DNA of 63,160 nucleotides, filler included, from Globobulimina sp. (GCA_003354225.1; 52 parts of 52 records of this genome joined end to end with filler, not necessarily neighbours in it), one strand, 5' to 3'. Counted from the first letter of the whole stretch, positions 34,914 to 49,282 are shown. The notes: generated by a model from the letters alone, not told the origin. Numbers and translations: made by a program.

Positions 34914-35292
34914 ATTTGTTTGATTTAGAAAGACGGGGGTTTTTCACTGTAGGGTAAATTCGGTAATTAAAATTCAGAATTTCCAGAAATTTCTCTTTGG
35001 TGGAAATATTTTTTTCGAATTTAGAATTTTTGCACTTTTGCAAATACTGTATTGCGCTTCTGATTGCTATTTATGCGTTAAAATTGAGGATCTCAAAAAT
35101 AAATATATCGATCATCAGTTTGATGGTGGAGAAAGAAAATGAAATAAACAACTGTGTATATCTACAATGTATTAACAAAACCACAAAAAAAANNNNNNNN
35201 NNNNNNNNNNNNNNNNNNNNNNNNNNNNNNNNNNNNTTAATTAATTAANNNNNNNNNNNNNNNNNNNNNNNNNNNNNNNNNNNNNNNNNNNN

Positions 35293-36408
35293 TTTGTGGA
35301 TGATTTATCGCTGATATTGCCGGTCAAATTAGATTTGGAAAAGCAATTATTTATCCACGCAGCGCGGAATAATATCAATGGTTTAACAGATTTGATGGTG
35401 ACACACAATTTTAATCAAAAAATGTTGTTACAATTAAATCAACAAAAACAATCCATATTAACTCCAATTTGTTCCATAAATTGTCAGAAAACATTGAATT
35501 TCTTAATTAACATAATTGCGGATAGTGTCATCAAACAGAGATTAATGACGCCGGATTCCTCGGGCTCATATCCGTTGAAACGAGCCATTGATAATAATCA
35601 TTATAACGGAGTCTTAAAGAATATATTTGAAAACGAGCAATTCGGCGGCAGTCTAATTAGAGACAAAGACCACGATCAAATATCTCCGTTACGCCGATGT
35701 TGGAATAGTAATAACGGGCTATGTTCACTATTAATTTTGGAAAATATCAAAGATAGGAAACAGTTATTATCCATCATCGAAGACACGACCACCGGTATTA
35801 CCTCATTGCAATATGCATTGCAATCCGGTGACTTACAATGTGTACAATTTATTTTCCAGCAATTGCAATACAATGACAAATTAGAAACAAAATTATTAAC
35901 TTTTAAAGATTCTCAGTCGAAATCCAACTTTCATTATGCTGCCAAAGGTGGCGATATTGAATGTATTAAATTGTTATTATCGAAATGTCAAACTGAACAA
36001 CAAAAAAAAGAATTATTTGAACAGGACAATAATTTCCAGTCACCTGCATTTGAAGCAATATTGCAAGGTAAAAGCGAGTGTGTCGACTTTTTATTGGCTC
36101 AAATGAATAAAGCGCAGAAAAAAATATTTTTAAATACCAAATCGAAATCAAATGACGATCCAATTAAATGTTTAAGAAAGTTCAAATCCAAAAAACATGT
36201 GGAAACATTTAAAATTGTGTTATCCCACATTGACAGCGATGATTTGAGACTGTACGCTGTGTTTTTATTTGCAGCGGAAAATGACTTTGTTGAGCTCGCC
36301 CAATTAATCGTAAATAATAAAACCAGCAACGACGAGATGAAAAGGAAAATGATAAATTATCAATCTCCGACTGATGACAGTGCCATGCATTTAAGTGCAA
36401 AATCCAAT
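35293..36408 (+). CDS. Ankyrin-repeat protein (partial)
   Basis: TSLQYALQSGDLQCVQFI, FHYAAKGGDIECIKLLL, SAMHLSA. Confidence 0.9.
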
Positions 36409-36766
36409 NNNNNNNNNNNNNNNNNNNNNNNNNNNNNNNNNNNNNNNNNNNNTTAATTAATTAANNNNNNNNNNNNNNNNNNNNNNNNNNNNNNNNNNNN
36501 NNNNNNNNATTCCGAAGATAAAAAATGATTTCACAAATTACTGTATCGCGAGCAGAGTTGTCTCCGCTTTTATATTTTTATGTGTTTTCATCTATTTATA
36601 ATCATCATTGTAATATATTTTTCTTTTGATATTTGAAAAGTTGAATCCTATTGACCTAATTTTCAACTTTTGCTGCACATCGTACCAGTCAATAATTCAT
36701 ACTCTAATTTAAAATTATGCAATTAAGGAAATACAAACACAAGTTAACAAATGACTGTCTATATAC

Positions 36767-37576
36767 TCACAACTCTTCTTTTGGAGTAACTGCCTCCTCA
36801 AATCTCTCCGACACAAATTTCCAATTAATTCTATCAAAAAAAGAATCCACATATCTCCCACGTTCATTCTTATAGTCCAAATAATATGCATGTTCCCTAT
36901 ATACAGTAAACAATTAAAACATATCCAAATATGATACAATTATGCATTATACGCTATGATGTGTTGACATACCAAACATCGATGGTCAACACTGGTATCT
37001 CGCCATGCGATATTGGATTTTCTGCATCATGGCCATCAGCAATCTCTAAATTATTCGCTCTCTGCACAATCAACCATAACCAACCAGATCCAAAATGCGT
37101 TTTAGCTCTGGTTGTAAACTCATATTTGAACCTATCAAAACCATTCCATTCAGCATTTATTGCATCAAACAATGCATCCGATATTCCATATGGTCGATGG
37201 CCATCATTTGCTGTTTTTTGATCGGCTGCGGAGCCATCCATTGGATTAATACATTCCCAATAAAATTCATGATTAATCTGTGAATATTTTATGTATAAAA
37301 AGAAATATATAGTTTTTGGTGTTGTTATAGCGTATTATTAAACTATTTGTGATGCTAAATTAACCACTTTAGGCGAAAATGCACGAGCATGGCGAACAAT
37401 GTCATTGAGTGATTTCCCTGCGATGGACTGATCTGTCTCCGCGGCTTTGTTTAATTTGTTAACATAGCCACCATGATGTTTATTGTAATGAGTCGAGATT
37501 GTCAATTGGGATATAAATGGTACCAATGCAGTCTCTTCGAATGGCAATGGTGCCAACACATACTCCAATGATAAAC
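36767..37576 (-). CDS. Iron superoxide dismutase (introns 37278-37343 and 36897-36972)
   Basis: [47 protein letters not shown]; Gln/Ala pattern is Fe-type. Confidence 0.93.
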
Positions 37577-38004
37577 TGTTAATAATTAAAACAGAAAATA
37601 ATAAAGATATGAAAAAAACAGTTGNNNNNNNNNNNNNNNNNNNNNNNNNNNNNNNNNNNNNNNNNNNNTTAATTAATTAANNNNNNNNNNNNNNNNNNNN
37701 NNNNNNNNNNNNNNNNNNNNNNNNAGGCTTGGAATTCAATGATACGCAACAGCAGAAACCGCAAGTTTATTTGCATCAAATTAATAATGTGGAATTGGAT
37801 AAAAATAAGAAAAAATAAGTGAGTGTAACAGTATTTATAGGATAGAATTAAATGATAAAATGTTTGAACACTTGACAGTTCTTTTTTTTTCAGCATCGCT
37901 TTTTTTTTGTAGCCGGTTGACTTTCATATTTTAATCTCTTCACTAAAAACTATTTTGCATAAAGAATGCAAGAATACTGGACTTATCAGCGTCAAGTTAC
38001 AAAC

Positions 38005-38840
38005 CTAAAAGTTTATTTTTTTTGCATTTTTATATGGTTTTTGGCATATTGGACATTTTTTAATTTGTAGTGATGCTTCGCATTCATCACATAATGCCAT
38101 ATGACTACAGCCATCAAATGATATATTTTTTGGTTTATCCATACATGCAACACATTTATATCTATTGTCAATTAATTCTTTCTCTGCTTCTTCAATTAAT
38201 TTTATTTTGCGTTTAAATATATTTTTTACATCATTTAATTCATCCAAATTCATTACGCTTATTTTATCCGATTTGACTTCCAATAAATCCAATCGTTTCT
38301 GTAATATTTCATTTTGTTGTTTTAACATTTTATTCTTATCTGAAATATCATTTATATCCATGTTATGACTATTGTTATGTGATAATTTTCTCTTTTTTGG
38401 TGGCGGCGGGTCATCGCATACATCATTATCACCCAATTTCCTTTTTGAATTATTTGTGTTTTTATTATGTTCTGATTCCTCTTCTTTTTGTGGAGGTATA
38501 TCACCAGATTTCGATGCAAATGGGGCAATTTCCTGTGTGTCGTCTAAATGTGTCCAGTACAAATGGTCCTTACCATCAGCTTCATAGCAAACTTGTATTT
38601 GCCCAGAGTTTTTATGTAATCTCCTAATTACACCGTATCTCCACCCCCGATGTCTATGAATTGGATTAATATCAATATAATGGCCAATTTCTAATTGTCT
38701 CAATCTATGTGCTGGCCGTTCTGATATAGATTTCTCTTTTGCGAATCGATATAATTCGACACTAAAATCACTCCATGTGTCCCATTTACGAGACCAACCA
38801 ACATAATGTACTTTTAAATGTGTTCCTTGTTTATCCATAA
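38005..38840 (-). CDS. Tandem Tudor/chromo-barrel-like domains + C3HC4 RING protein (5'-partial)
   Basis: LKVHYVGWSRKWDTW; NLS PKKRKL; CVAC..GCSH..CDEC..CPIC. Confidence 0.85.
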
Positions 38841-38940
38841 NNNNNNNNNNNNNNNNNNNNNNNNNNNNNNNNNNNNNNNNNNNNTTAATTAATTAANNNN
38901 NNNNNNNNNNNNNNNNNNNNNNNNNNNNNNNNNNNNNNNN

Positions 38941-39420
38941 ACCAACAGAAATCTTACTATGTTTTCTGGGAGATGACTAATACTGCTATTACTTAGGTTA
39001 TTATCTATTATAAAATTGGTTAATTGTTTCTCAAAATTATCATTGTTTGATGTTTCTTGATCGTCTGCTATTGCTTGTACTGCTGTTCTAGGAGCATTCA
39101 GAGCTTTAGCCACTCCTCTTACTGTTGCATTCTCACCTCTCAATGCTGTTCTTATTTTCTCTCTCTTTCTTTTACTAATGTAGGCATAACCTGAAAGAGG
39201 TAAGTTAACATACAAAAACCTTGTTGACAATAATACCCAAACTTTGTTCCATTATTTTCTCTGCTTTTTCCATATCCTTAGGCACTTTGACATCTAAATG
39301 TTTGGTTTTGTATTTCTATTTACCTAATATAGTTAAGAGGTTACCAACACATCCATCTTTGCATGCTGGACACTTGATTCTCTTCGTTTCCACAGGTATT
39401 TCTGTTTGTGCTGGACGTTT
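38941..39420 (-). pseudogene. Possible degenerate DNA transposase (BED-finger/hAT-like)
   Basis: KCPAC...TKH broken by TAG, then an HTH-like segment and LTNFIIDNNLS. Confidence 0.35.
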
Positions 39421-40158
39421 CTTATTCTGTTTTTTGATCTAAAATTGGACTCTGTTTACATTCCTTGATTATGGTAATACATTCTTGTTTCAAGTAAACC
39501 AACCTGGTTTGTTCCTGAACGTGGTTGTTTGACATGAGGCTGTTCATTTGTTGTTGTTGTTGTTCCATTAATTAGAACTAAAATTACTAAATTAGCGGTT
39601 ATGTATATATTGACAGTGTTTACTTTCTAATTCTGGTGATAATTCTGCACCACTTGTTGCCATGTACCACTGAATTTGGTTTTCAAATGAGATACTTTGG
39701 TCTTGTCTTGCCATAGTTGACTGTGCTGAGGTGCTGGTCTATATAATTTATGTTTATTGTTTTATATATTCAAACAATTACCCTTACCCTGAGTGTCTGG
39801 TTAGTGGATTGGGGGTTACAGTTTGGTCTTTGGGTGGTTTCACTAAACTCATCTTAAGAGCAGTTTGGTGAAACGACTCAAGATTTTTTGGACAACCCCA
39901 ATATTCGACCATGGGGGAATCGGATCGCTGGTATATGTTATGTTAGGCCATCCTTGCCCCAACCCATATCCACACTTTTTTTGCCCTGAAATCACCCACC
40001 CAGCATAGGAACCTTCGCCGAAGTTGGTCGGTCGGAAAATTTCACGCAAAATTTGTNNNNNNNNNNNNNNNNNNNNNNNNNNNNNNNNNNNNNNNNNNNN
40101 TTAATTAATTAANNNNNNNNNNNNNNNNNNNNNNNNNNNNNNNNNNNNNNNNNNNNAA

Positions 40159-41154
40159 TTATGAATCTAAAACGACTCGAATGTTTCTTGCCAAGTCTTT
40201 CATTGATAAGGGTTTATGACAAATTGCGTTAATTCCAATTCTTGATGCAAATTTATTTGATATTCTCTTGCTGTAACCAGTACAAATAATTATTGGGATG
40301 TCGGGTTTTATCGCTCTCAATTTGGTAGATAAGACATCACCTGTCATCTTTGGCATGGTCATATCCGTTATCACTAAATCAAATTTATTCGGTTCTGTTT
40401 GAAAGGCCTTTAAAGCATCATAGCTGTTTGTTTGGGCAGAAACGGTATAGCCTAATTTTTCTAAGAATTCTTGATTGATTTCTACAATCGCTACTTCATC
40501 ATCCACAAATAAAATATGTTCATGCCCTGTTAAAATTTCATCGTTATTTTCAGAGATTGCCTTATCTATTTTTTGAGATATGGGAAAATAAACTGTGAAT
40601 TTAGTGCCCACATCAAGCGTCGTATCGACTGTGATTTTACCACCATGGGTTTCGATAATACCATTTACAACTGCCAGTCCTAGACCTGTACCTTCACCTG
40701 GTTTTTTAGTCGTGAAATAAGGTTCAAATATTGATTTGATTACATTGTTTGGAATACCAACACCAGTGTCATTAATTATCAGTTTTATGTAATTCCCCGG
40801 TTTGAATTCAGATGTTTTTTCGGTAGGCCATGAAGGCAAAAATGTATCTAATATATCTACCTTTAAAATCCCCCCTTTTTCTTCCATTGCATGGGCTGCA
40901 TTCGTGCAAAGATTCATTATTATTTGATGAATTTGAGTCGAATCCCCAATTATTAAAGAGTCGCTTTTGATTTTTTGTTCAATCTCAATTGTAGAAGGAA
41001 GGCTGGATCGTAATAATTTTAAGGCTTCTTTGGTGATAGAGGCAACAGACATTTGAGTCATAACATTATCTGATTTTCTGGCAACGGTTAATATTTGTTT
41101 AACAAGATCCTTTGCCCTGTTTCCAGCCTTGAGGGTCTGCTGTAAATTATATTC
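40159..41154 (-). CDS. Bacterial hybrid sensor histidine kinase (HATPase + receiver), 5'-interrupted
   Basis: QIIMNLCTNAAHAM, DTGVGI, FEPYFTTK..GTGLGL, ILFVDDE, DLVITDMTMP; H-box absent. Confidence 0.93.
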   Translation of the reverse strand, partial: EYNLQQTLKAGNRAKDLVKQILTVARKSDNVMTQMSVASITKEALKLLRSSLPSTIEIEQKIKSDSLIIGDSTQIHQIIMNLCTNAAHAMEEKGGILKVDILDTFLPSWPTEKTSEFKPGNYIKLIINDTGVGIPNNVIKSIFEPYFTTKKPGEGTGLGLAVVNGIIETHGGKITVDTTLDVGTKFTVYFPISQKIDKAISENNDEILTGHEHILFVDDEVAIVEINQEFLEKLGYTVSAQTNSYDALKAFQTEPNKFDLVITDMTMPKMTGDVLSTKLRAIKPDIPIIICTGYSKRISNKFASRIGINAICHKPLSMKDLARNIRVVLDS

Positions 41155-41272
41155 TCAACTTTCGGAGTTGAGTTTTCCTAACCAGTAAAAATACAACCAT
41201 TTGAAATAATTATAAATATTGACAAGATTCGCTATCTGTGATACGTATTTTTTACCCCTAAAAAACAACAAT
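41154..41272. mobile_element. Probable IS end interrupting the kinase gene
   Basis: Kinase homology stops at CTCAACTTTCGGAGTTGAG with an in-frame TGA; the rest is non-coding. Confidence 0.4.
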
Positions 41273-41372
41273 NNNNNNNNNNNNNNNNNNNNNNNNNNNN
41301 NNNNNNNNNNNNNNNNTTAATTAATTAANNNNNNNNNNNNNNNNNNNNNNNNNNNNNNNNNNNNNNNNNNNN

Positions 41373-42429
41373 TTTACAACAAAGCATACAACTTACAAAC
41401 AACAATGAGAATAAATCAGTTTATTCATTCAATTGGATACAAGTTTATATTCTATTAAATAAATGCGATCTGAATGCAATAAATAAAGTATTGCAATCAA
41501 TAGAAACTGGATCAAATAAATGTTTATTATGGGAACAATCATTTAGACATAAACATAACACTCAAATCACAAAATTCCATACTTTGCACATTGAATCACA
41601 AATAAATTTATTATTAGAAAAGTATGAAGAATCACGAAACCAATATGAGAAATTAATTGGTTTAATTTCTAAGCTAAGCATTGAGGATCGGGAACAAACT
41701 TTGATTGTTTATCAAGAATTTTGTTGTGCTTTGGTTGGAGAACATGATTGGAAGACATTGGATAAATTCATATCTACCATCGATACGGATGATTTTCAGT
41801 TAAATATTATTAAAATCGAATCATTGATTCAACAAAAAGAAACACAAAATGTTCATCAAATTATTAAAGAAATGTCGCAGAGTTTTTGTCCAAACATTGG
41901 CAGAGATTGCGATAAAAAAAAGGTATTTTGGTGGTTGAGGATGTTTAGTGGCCGTTGTTATGAAATTGAAAATAATTTAAAAGCTGCAGAGAAACATTAC
42001 GAATTAGCGACAATGGATAAAAAGAATTGTTTATTGACCATGTACTATCACATAAATGTTCTGACTAAAATGCAAAACAAAGGAATTGAAGCCGCTGTCT
42101 GTTGGCTCGCATTTTGTGACATTCCGTTGAATGAAAATGGAATGTTTTATCAAGATATTAATAATAATAATAATGAGATTGAAAAATATTTATCGGAAAA
42201 AATGTCAACGTTTAATACGTTTGGTATTAATCATAAACCATCATTTTGTAAAAACGGAGTGTTATTTACAGCGTTATTTGAACAAAAAGAGTATCAAGTC
42301 GATAAATTGAAATTAATTGAAATTACGAAATATTGTCTTATTGAATGGGTCAAAGCACTCTCCACAATAAGCATGTCGCAATCGTTGATACAAACGTTTG
42401 CCATTCAAACAAACACATATAACTGTTGA
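41373..42429 (+). CDS. Helical/TPR-like hypothetical protein (partial)
   Basis: GRCYEIENNLKAAEKHYELA; long ORF. Confidence 0.55.
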
Positions 42430-42588
42430 ACTTTTTAATTGTTTTTTTTTCAAGTCAACAGTGAGTTTTTTTTATTTTTCGGTATTCTNNNNNNNNNNNN
42501 NNNNNNNNNNNNNNNNNNNNNNNNNNNNNNNNTTAATTAATTAANNNNNNNNNNNNNNNNNNNNNNNNNNNNNNNNNNNNNNNNNNNN

Positions 42589-43704
42589 ATGCAGTGGGTG
42601 TAGCAGGAAGAGTATTTGGCACCCATGATGGTGGCGAAAACTGGAAATTATTAATCATTGGAAGTACTGAAAACTACAAAGACATTCAATATCTTACTCC
42701 AACAGTTGGATATATTTTGACAGATGCAGGAAAATTATACAAAACGATGGATGGTGGTAAAACACTGATTTTGGTGAAAGAAAAAATTACAAGTGGTTTT
42801 ACTAATGCATTTAAAGATTTACATTTTGTTGATCAAAACAAAGGTGTAGTATGTACATCTATGGGGAATTTATGCAACACTAATGATGGAGGAAAAACCT
42901 GGAAGAAAATAACTGTTGCCGAACGAAAACTGTCTAATTTCGAGTTTATTAATAACAAAATAGGCTATGTTGGCAGTAAAAATGGGATAATTTACAAAAC
43001 CATTAATGGTGGAACCACATGGAATCCTATTAATACTGGTTTCAAAACAACTATTTACGACATCGATTTTGTAAATGTCAACGTAGGTTATGCTGCATGT
43101 GATAAAGGTGTTGCACTTAAAACAACTAATGGAGGACAAACATGGACTCAAATTCAAACAGTGTTAAAAAACAACCTGTTAGTTGTTAAAGCAATAAGTC
43201 CAACTACTGTAATGTTTTCTACATCAGGAAACTATACAAGAATGGCAGATGCTCCTATAATCAGAAGTACAGATGGTGGAGCTTCCTGGAAAACAATTAA
43301 TATTTCTCCATATTCAGTATATAAGTTTGATTTCTATAATACAAAGATTGGAGCAGCACTATGTTCAGGAGGTGTCATAGCAACCACTGTTGATGGTGGA
43401 TTAACATGGCATAGTAATAGGTCAATTACCAACCAAATACTTTGGGGGATTCATTGGAAAAATGCGAATGAGATGTTAACAGTAGGAACCAATGGTGCTA
43501 TTATTAAATATGGTAAAGGACAAATGGTTGCTGACAAAACTGATGAGATTGTTACTGACAACAAAAAAGATGAAAATAAAGATGAAAAAAAGGAGGAGAA
43601 AAAGGATGTTGTAAAGGTTGATGACTTAAAACGTACATTAAACGGGATGCCGATTGAATTTTCGAGCATTAAAAAAGTTAAGCAAGCTAAAATTGCCGTG
43701 CTAA
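42589..43704 (+). CDS. Bacterial YCF48/BNR(Asp-box)-repeat beta-propeller protein (partial)
   Basis: About 7 TxDGGxTW repeats; no introns; Bacteroidota-like style. Confidence 0.88.
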
Positions 43705-43804
43705 NNNNNNNNNNNNNNNNNNNNNNNNNNNNNNNNNNNNNNNNNNNNTTAATTAATTAANNNNNNNNNNNNNNNNNNNNNNNNNNNNNNNNNNNNNNNN
43801 NNNN

Positions 43805-44920
43805 TTTTGATCAAAAAATATTGCACCAACCTTCGGATTGGCACTACACTTGGAACTGTACAACATTGTATGATGACAGTTTATGCCCCATTTCCGATAC
43901 TACTGAGCCAATTTTACAATTTTCCTCAACTGTGCTGCAGCAAGATGCTGTTTATATATTTAGTTTACAAATCGTGGATGCTGTCACACAAAGAACAGAT
44001 GAAACATTTACCATTTTGACAGTGACTCAATCTGTGATCAATACGATTGTTTTTGTGAATATTGAATGGGACAATAACTTGTATTTTATGCCGAGTTATC
44101 ATGGATATACAAATATTACTGCTTCCATCGAGGATATAAATGACAATGCTGAGGAAGAGTTGTTATGGATTTATACATTTTGTTTTCGCCCGTCATTACA
44201 GAATGGAGTTACCTGTCAATCGTACGAGAGCATAGATGTATTATTTACGTATTATATTCATCCATTTGATACGTTGCCAAACCATAATTATGTTAAGTCA
44301 CATTATAATATATTATATGAAATAAAAATAAAATGTGTTTATTTGTGATAGATTGTGGATGTAAATATTACCAGTTCAGAGAGAAAAGTGCAGCATAATG
44401 GAATGGTATCCACCATATTGGAAATCTCACCAATTTCGCATATTATCGAAGTGAGTGTTTCTACGGATTATCATACATATAATGACAGTGGATATTCATT
44501 GTCGAGTGATATTTATAAGAGTTTGTATCAACATTCAAACTCTTTGCTAGAATATGTTAATTTTAATCTATTATCCATGAAAATAAATTGTTTACATCCA
44601 CCATGTTCTTATTCATATTTCTACCAAGTTCCAAACCCAAATAAAGCTAAAAACGTCAATATTCCATTTTATTTTGCAATAGCTAATGGTTTGGCGGTCT
44701 CTCCATTATCTGGAGTCATATTCCCGTGGTCTTACCATGCATTGAATATATTGGGCTGTGTTGCTGATATTTATGGATCCACGACCTGCAAATTCATCAA
44801 ATATACGCCCTCTCAGACACAGACAATTTCAAATCAGATTTGCGACCATTATATAAACATTACAAATCATTTAACACTGTTATCCAAAATGAAGGACAAA
44901 TTATCATTATCACAATTTAT
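43805..44920 (+). CDS. REJ/PKD-like extracellular protein (partial, intron at about 44297-44352)
   Basis: YTWNC..C, YIFSLQI, YSYFY, GCVADIYGS. Confidence 0.55.
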
Positions 44921-45020
44921 NNNNNNNNNNNNNNNNNNNNNNNNNNNNNNNNNNNNNNNNNNNNTTAATTAATTAANNNNNNNNNNNNNNNNNNNNNNNN
45001 NNNNNNNNNNNNNNNNNNNN

Positions 45021-46043
45021 ATAGCTTTTATTTTTATGCGACTGCGGCTGTGGCGGTTTTGTGGGCCGTTTGTCATTTAATTTGGAGTTGGAGGCCATGG
45101 GTGGTTTGGTGGCGTATAATTGCGTGGCTTTTAAGTCATCGCCCGACCAAACGGCCAAATCCTCCTCGTGCGTGTCATCTTTGCTGTGACTGTCATCGGA
45201 CGTGGTTTCGTTGTGTTTGCTGTTGCTGTACGAACATGCGGAGGAAGCGTACAATGATTTCGATTCGGATAATATCTCATCGGTGATTTCCGTCACTTCC
45301 ATTTCCTTCTTTTTCGCGATCGGCCGCGGCTTAATTTTCTTATTTTTCCTCTTATTTTTTTTCTTATTTTTCCTATCTTTTTTTTTTATATTTTTCTTCT
45401 TGTGGTTGTTGTTGTTATTCGCATCCAGCGAATTATTCGATTTCTTGACTGTCAAATTTTTAATAATGTCTTTAAACGCCGCATCAGATTCAGATATCTT
45501 GGTTTTTTTGCTATATTCATAAGCGATTTTCTTTGCAAATTGACATAATACGACTTGTTCTAACATTTTGCGTCCATATCGCTCCCAAATATCGTCCCTA
45601 TCCATCAATTCATGGCCAACCGCTACATTTAACAACTTTATCCGATCAAAATCACCATTGATGCAGTACTCATTCAATATTTCCATATTAATCGACAAAT
45701 TCTTGCCACTTTTCTGTCTTTTCTTGTTGTTGTTGTTATTCACCAATACCTTTTCAAACAATTTGTGTAAAAACACAGCCATTTCCTCTCTATGCAAAAC
45801 ATGCGCAGCCAACGTGATAAAGGATTCCTTATTATTCATCACCAACATATCACGGTCATAGCCGCGGCTCATATAACAGCTCAAACTCGCACGCAACGTC
45901 TCCCATTGCGGCGACAGCGATAAAATGTCCCCCAATTCCTCGCGCCGCATACACGTCAACAACCGCTTCGATTTCAAGTCCAATCCGCTCCAAAACGCAA
46001 TCAACTTTTCCAATGAACACAACCTCAATTCGGAGAGCTCCAA
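45021..46043 (-). CDS. Hypothetical protein with Lys-rich segment (partial)
   Basis: Long ORF; FWSGL..KR.L..MRREEL. Confidence 0.55.
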
Positions 46044-46757
46044 ACTGTGTAGAATGTAGATCAGAGCATGCGAATTTGCGTAAATATAATCTGTGTTACA
46101 CTTAACTTTATAATCTCATTAATATTTTTCACTTTCNNNNNNNNNNNNNNNNNNNNNNNNNNNNNNNNNNNNNNNNNNNNTTAATTAATTAANNNNNNNN
46201 NNNNNNNNNNNNNNNNNNNNNNNNNNNNNNNNNNNNTTATTTATTTTTATAGTTGCTATGCTTATATTTTTTATTCCTTCAAAGTATTTTATTTTTTGTT
46301 TTTTTAAGTTGCAGCATTTTTTTTTGTGAAAGTAAAGGTGAATTGTTTTTTTCTTCAACATAAAAACTTGAAAATTCAAAATATTGTTTGACATCATTTT
46401 CTTTGTTTTTTTCTCAAATAATATATTTGTTTGTTTTTATTTTGTATTCTTAGAAATTTTGTATTGTATATAATTATTATCATAGCATACGTATCTGACA
46501 CTTGATAGATATCCTTCCATTTCAAATTTGTGTTTGTTTTCTTTACATTTTATTTTGTTGAAACATCTATTTATTTGATTAAAAAATAAAATGACCAGTG
46601 TTTTAATATTTTTTTTGATTGAGTTAGATTTAATGTTCAAATTTTTCCCAATTGACGTTTTCCTCAATATGTGTTTTCGTAAACTGCCAATTAACAGCAA
46701 CTGGGTGTTTATAAATATTTGGTCAACCAAAAAAAAAAAATGAATAATAGTTAATAA

Positions 46758-47352
46758 TTACAAATGCATGTTTTCCAAAATTTCATGAAATTCAGTGTCT
46801 GCCCGTTGAATTAATTTAGAAATTTGGTACAATTTTAAATCAAACTGGTTATATCTGAGCAGTAACTCTCTCTCTTCATTCGTTATTGAGTCACATATTT
46901 CCTTCGGAGACGTTTTAGTCGGAGCTCCGACAGCGGTTCCTCTTGAAAGCCAGTGTATTTTCTTTTTTTCATAGCTCACAAATGGATAATAATAAACGAA
47001 ATCATTATTTATTCTCCAATTCATATATTTACTGTCTTTTCTATTATTATCCATATAATATTCATGATAATAATCGACCATATCATTAAGTGCGACCTCC
47101 CATATTTTATGATTTCTGTTGTCATTGAGATCCGCAGATTCATTCAGTGAATGAGTTGAAAATGGTAAAACATAATCAATTTTCAGTATCAATTCCACTG
47201 CATTTCGAAAATGCTGATCATTGATATTATTTCTTTCAATAAAATTTGGAATGGTTGAAATTCCATTCTTTAAATATGCAGTATCATTATAACCAAGCCA
47301 CGATGTGTAAATATTTGATGTTCCCTTAGTTCTTATCCATTGAACATTAATT
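46758..47352 (-). CDS. Sulfotransferase-like protein, C-terminal part
   Basis: LLLRYNQFDLKLYQ resembles the C-terminal helix of Sulfotransfer_2/Gal-3-O-sulfotransferase. Confidence 0.5.
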
Positions 47353-47888
47353 NNNNNNNNNNNNNNNNNNNNNNNNNNNNNNNNNNNNNNNNNNNNTTAA
47401 TTAATTAANNNNNNNNNNNNNNNNNNNNNNNNNNNNNNNNNNNNNNNNNNNNGATTTGATTTCGCACTTGATATTTATTTGCGAAATTAAATACTGCGAA
47501 ATAAAATACAAACGAAATTAAGTACAGTGCGAAATTAAGTACATCTAAAGTATAATCAGGATTTGTACGATCCAATAAACGCTTAATTAACACTGACTTA
47601 TTTCCATTCTCCATAGACATCTCTTCCTGCACATTGCTTTTAACACAGATATTTTTTCAGCTTTTATTTGTTTTTCAGTTTACCTCAATCCATAACATCA
47701 ATTACTTTTTCCTGTTTCTTTTCATTAAGTTTCATGTCCATTTCAATATATTACCTTTTGCATTACAGTGTATAACTTGTCACAAACTTATTTATTGCAG
47801 CAAAATTGTGTACAGCCATTTTTTGTGGAAGATTTTTGCTAATATTACTAGCTTAGTTGCATGTTTTCGATCTACTATATCTGACACA

Positions 47889-48568
47889 ATGGATGTAACC
47901 GGACAAGGCTTCTTTGGAGAAATCAACATTCTCATTTTCATGAAAAAACTAAATGGGAACTTTGATTTAATTCTATCAGCATCAGAATTATACGAATTCT
48001 ATTTATACTTAGATTCATTAGAAAGTTCATTAAACCGCAATACCAAACTAATCCAACACATTTTTGACAGAGTCTACAATGAAACTGACCTATTTATGAC
48101 CAGCACAGTCTCCATCGGCAACCATATGTCACTCAACTTATCCGCCGAATATGGCGTCACTTTATTCGAAGCTTTATGTGTTACAATGAACCATCTATGC
48201 AAAAAGCTGCAGTCTTTAAACAATTTGGACAAACATTCACAGTTTGAACACGAAAACGAAAACGATAAAGATAACGAAAACGACAACAAAAGCGAAACAG
48301 GCTCCGTCATCATACACGATATCACTCAAAATAAGCAATACATCACCAACTCTGCCTTGATACTCTGGGATATCATCAAATTATTACTAAAATACGACAT
48401 AAAAATCTATCATCGCGAGGCCCACTATCAACGCGTCAGCTATTATACCATTGCCACGCTGTACCAATCCTTTCTGATCCTATTCGATGGCGAGCCCTTC
48501 AAAGGCGATATTATCGACCGATATATTGCATTGATACTTAAATCCATAAACTCACAGACGATGGCACT
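47889..48568 (+). CDS. Hypothetical protein (3'-partial)
   Basis: ATG at 47889, open to the contig end. Confidence 0.5.
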
Positions 48569-49282
48569 NNNNNNNNNNNNNNNNNNNNNNNNNNNNNNNN
48601 NNNNNNNNNNNNTTAATTAATTAANNNNNNNNNNNNNNNNNNNNNNNNNNNNNNNNNNNNNNNNNNNNGCTTTCGCGGTAGTCCCCGGTAGCAGTGTAAA
48701 ATCACATTTTTATTTTATTTAAAAGCATGGTGCCTTGAGTTGGTACATATTCAGTTGTACTAATTACATTTCACATCATGATGCAAATGTGTTGATTGCG
48801 GAGGTAAATGGGGAAGAGACTGGCCATCAGATCAATATCTGAGATGGATACTGTTCCATATTCCATTCAACACAACCTTTGTCAGTCCATCAGACATCGA
48901 GTAGTTTCTCCATCCATCTGACATCGAGAATTTCTGTTCCATCATTTCGATTAATTATCTGCAAAACTATTTTCTCGATTTTGCGTTCCGTTGATTTCAT
49001 TTAATTTTGCTAATACTGGCACATCAACAGATTTTGTTAATGGTATTGCTGTTTTTGGTGCTTGTCCTTAACATATAATCGCTTTGTTCGGAATTAATAA
49101 TTAAAATACAGGCACATGACGGAGCGGTGGTTGATCATATTTGGACATCACCATCAATGACCGTCGCATCACAATCAAATTATGCATCAATTACCAATAA
49201 AAAGAGAAGGTTAAAGTTATAATGATGTCATAATAAAACTTAATTAATAGTTATAAAATACAAAAAACAAACAACAATTTAA

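Noticed and set aside
40157-43704. Bacterial genes flanking a eukaryotic gene as horizontal transfer
   Set aside because: Separate contigs; adjacency is artificial
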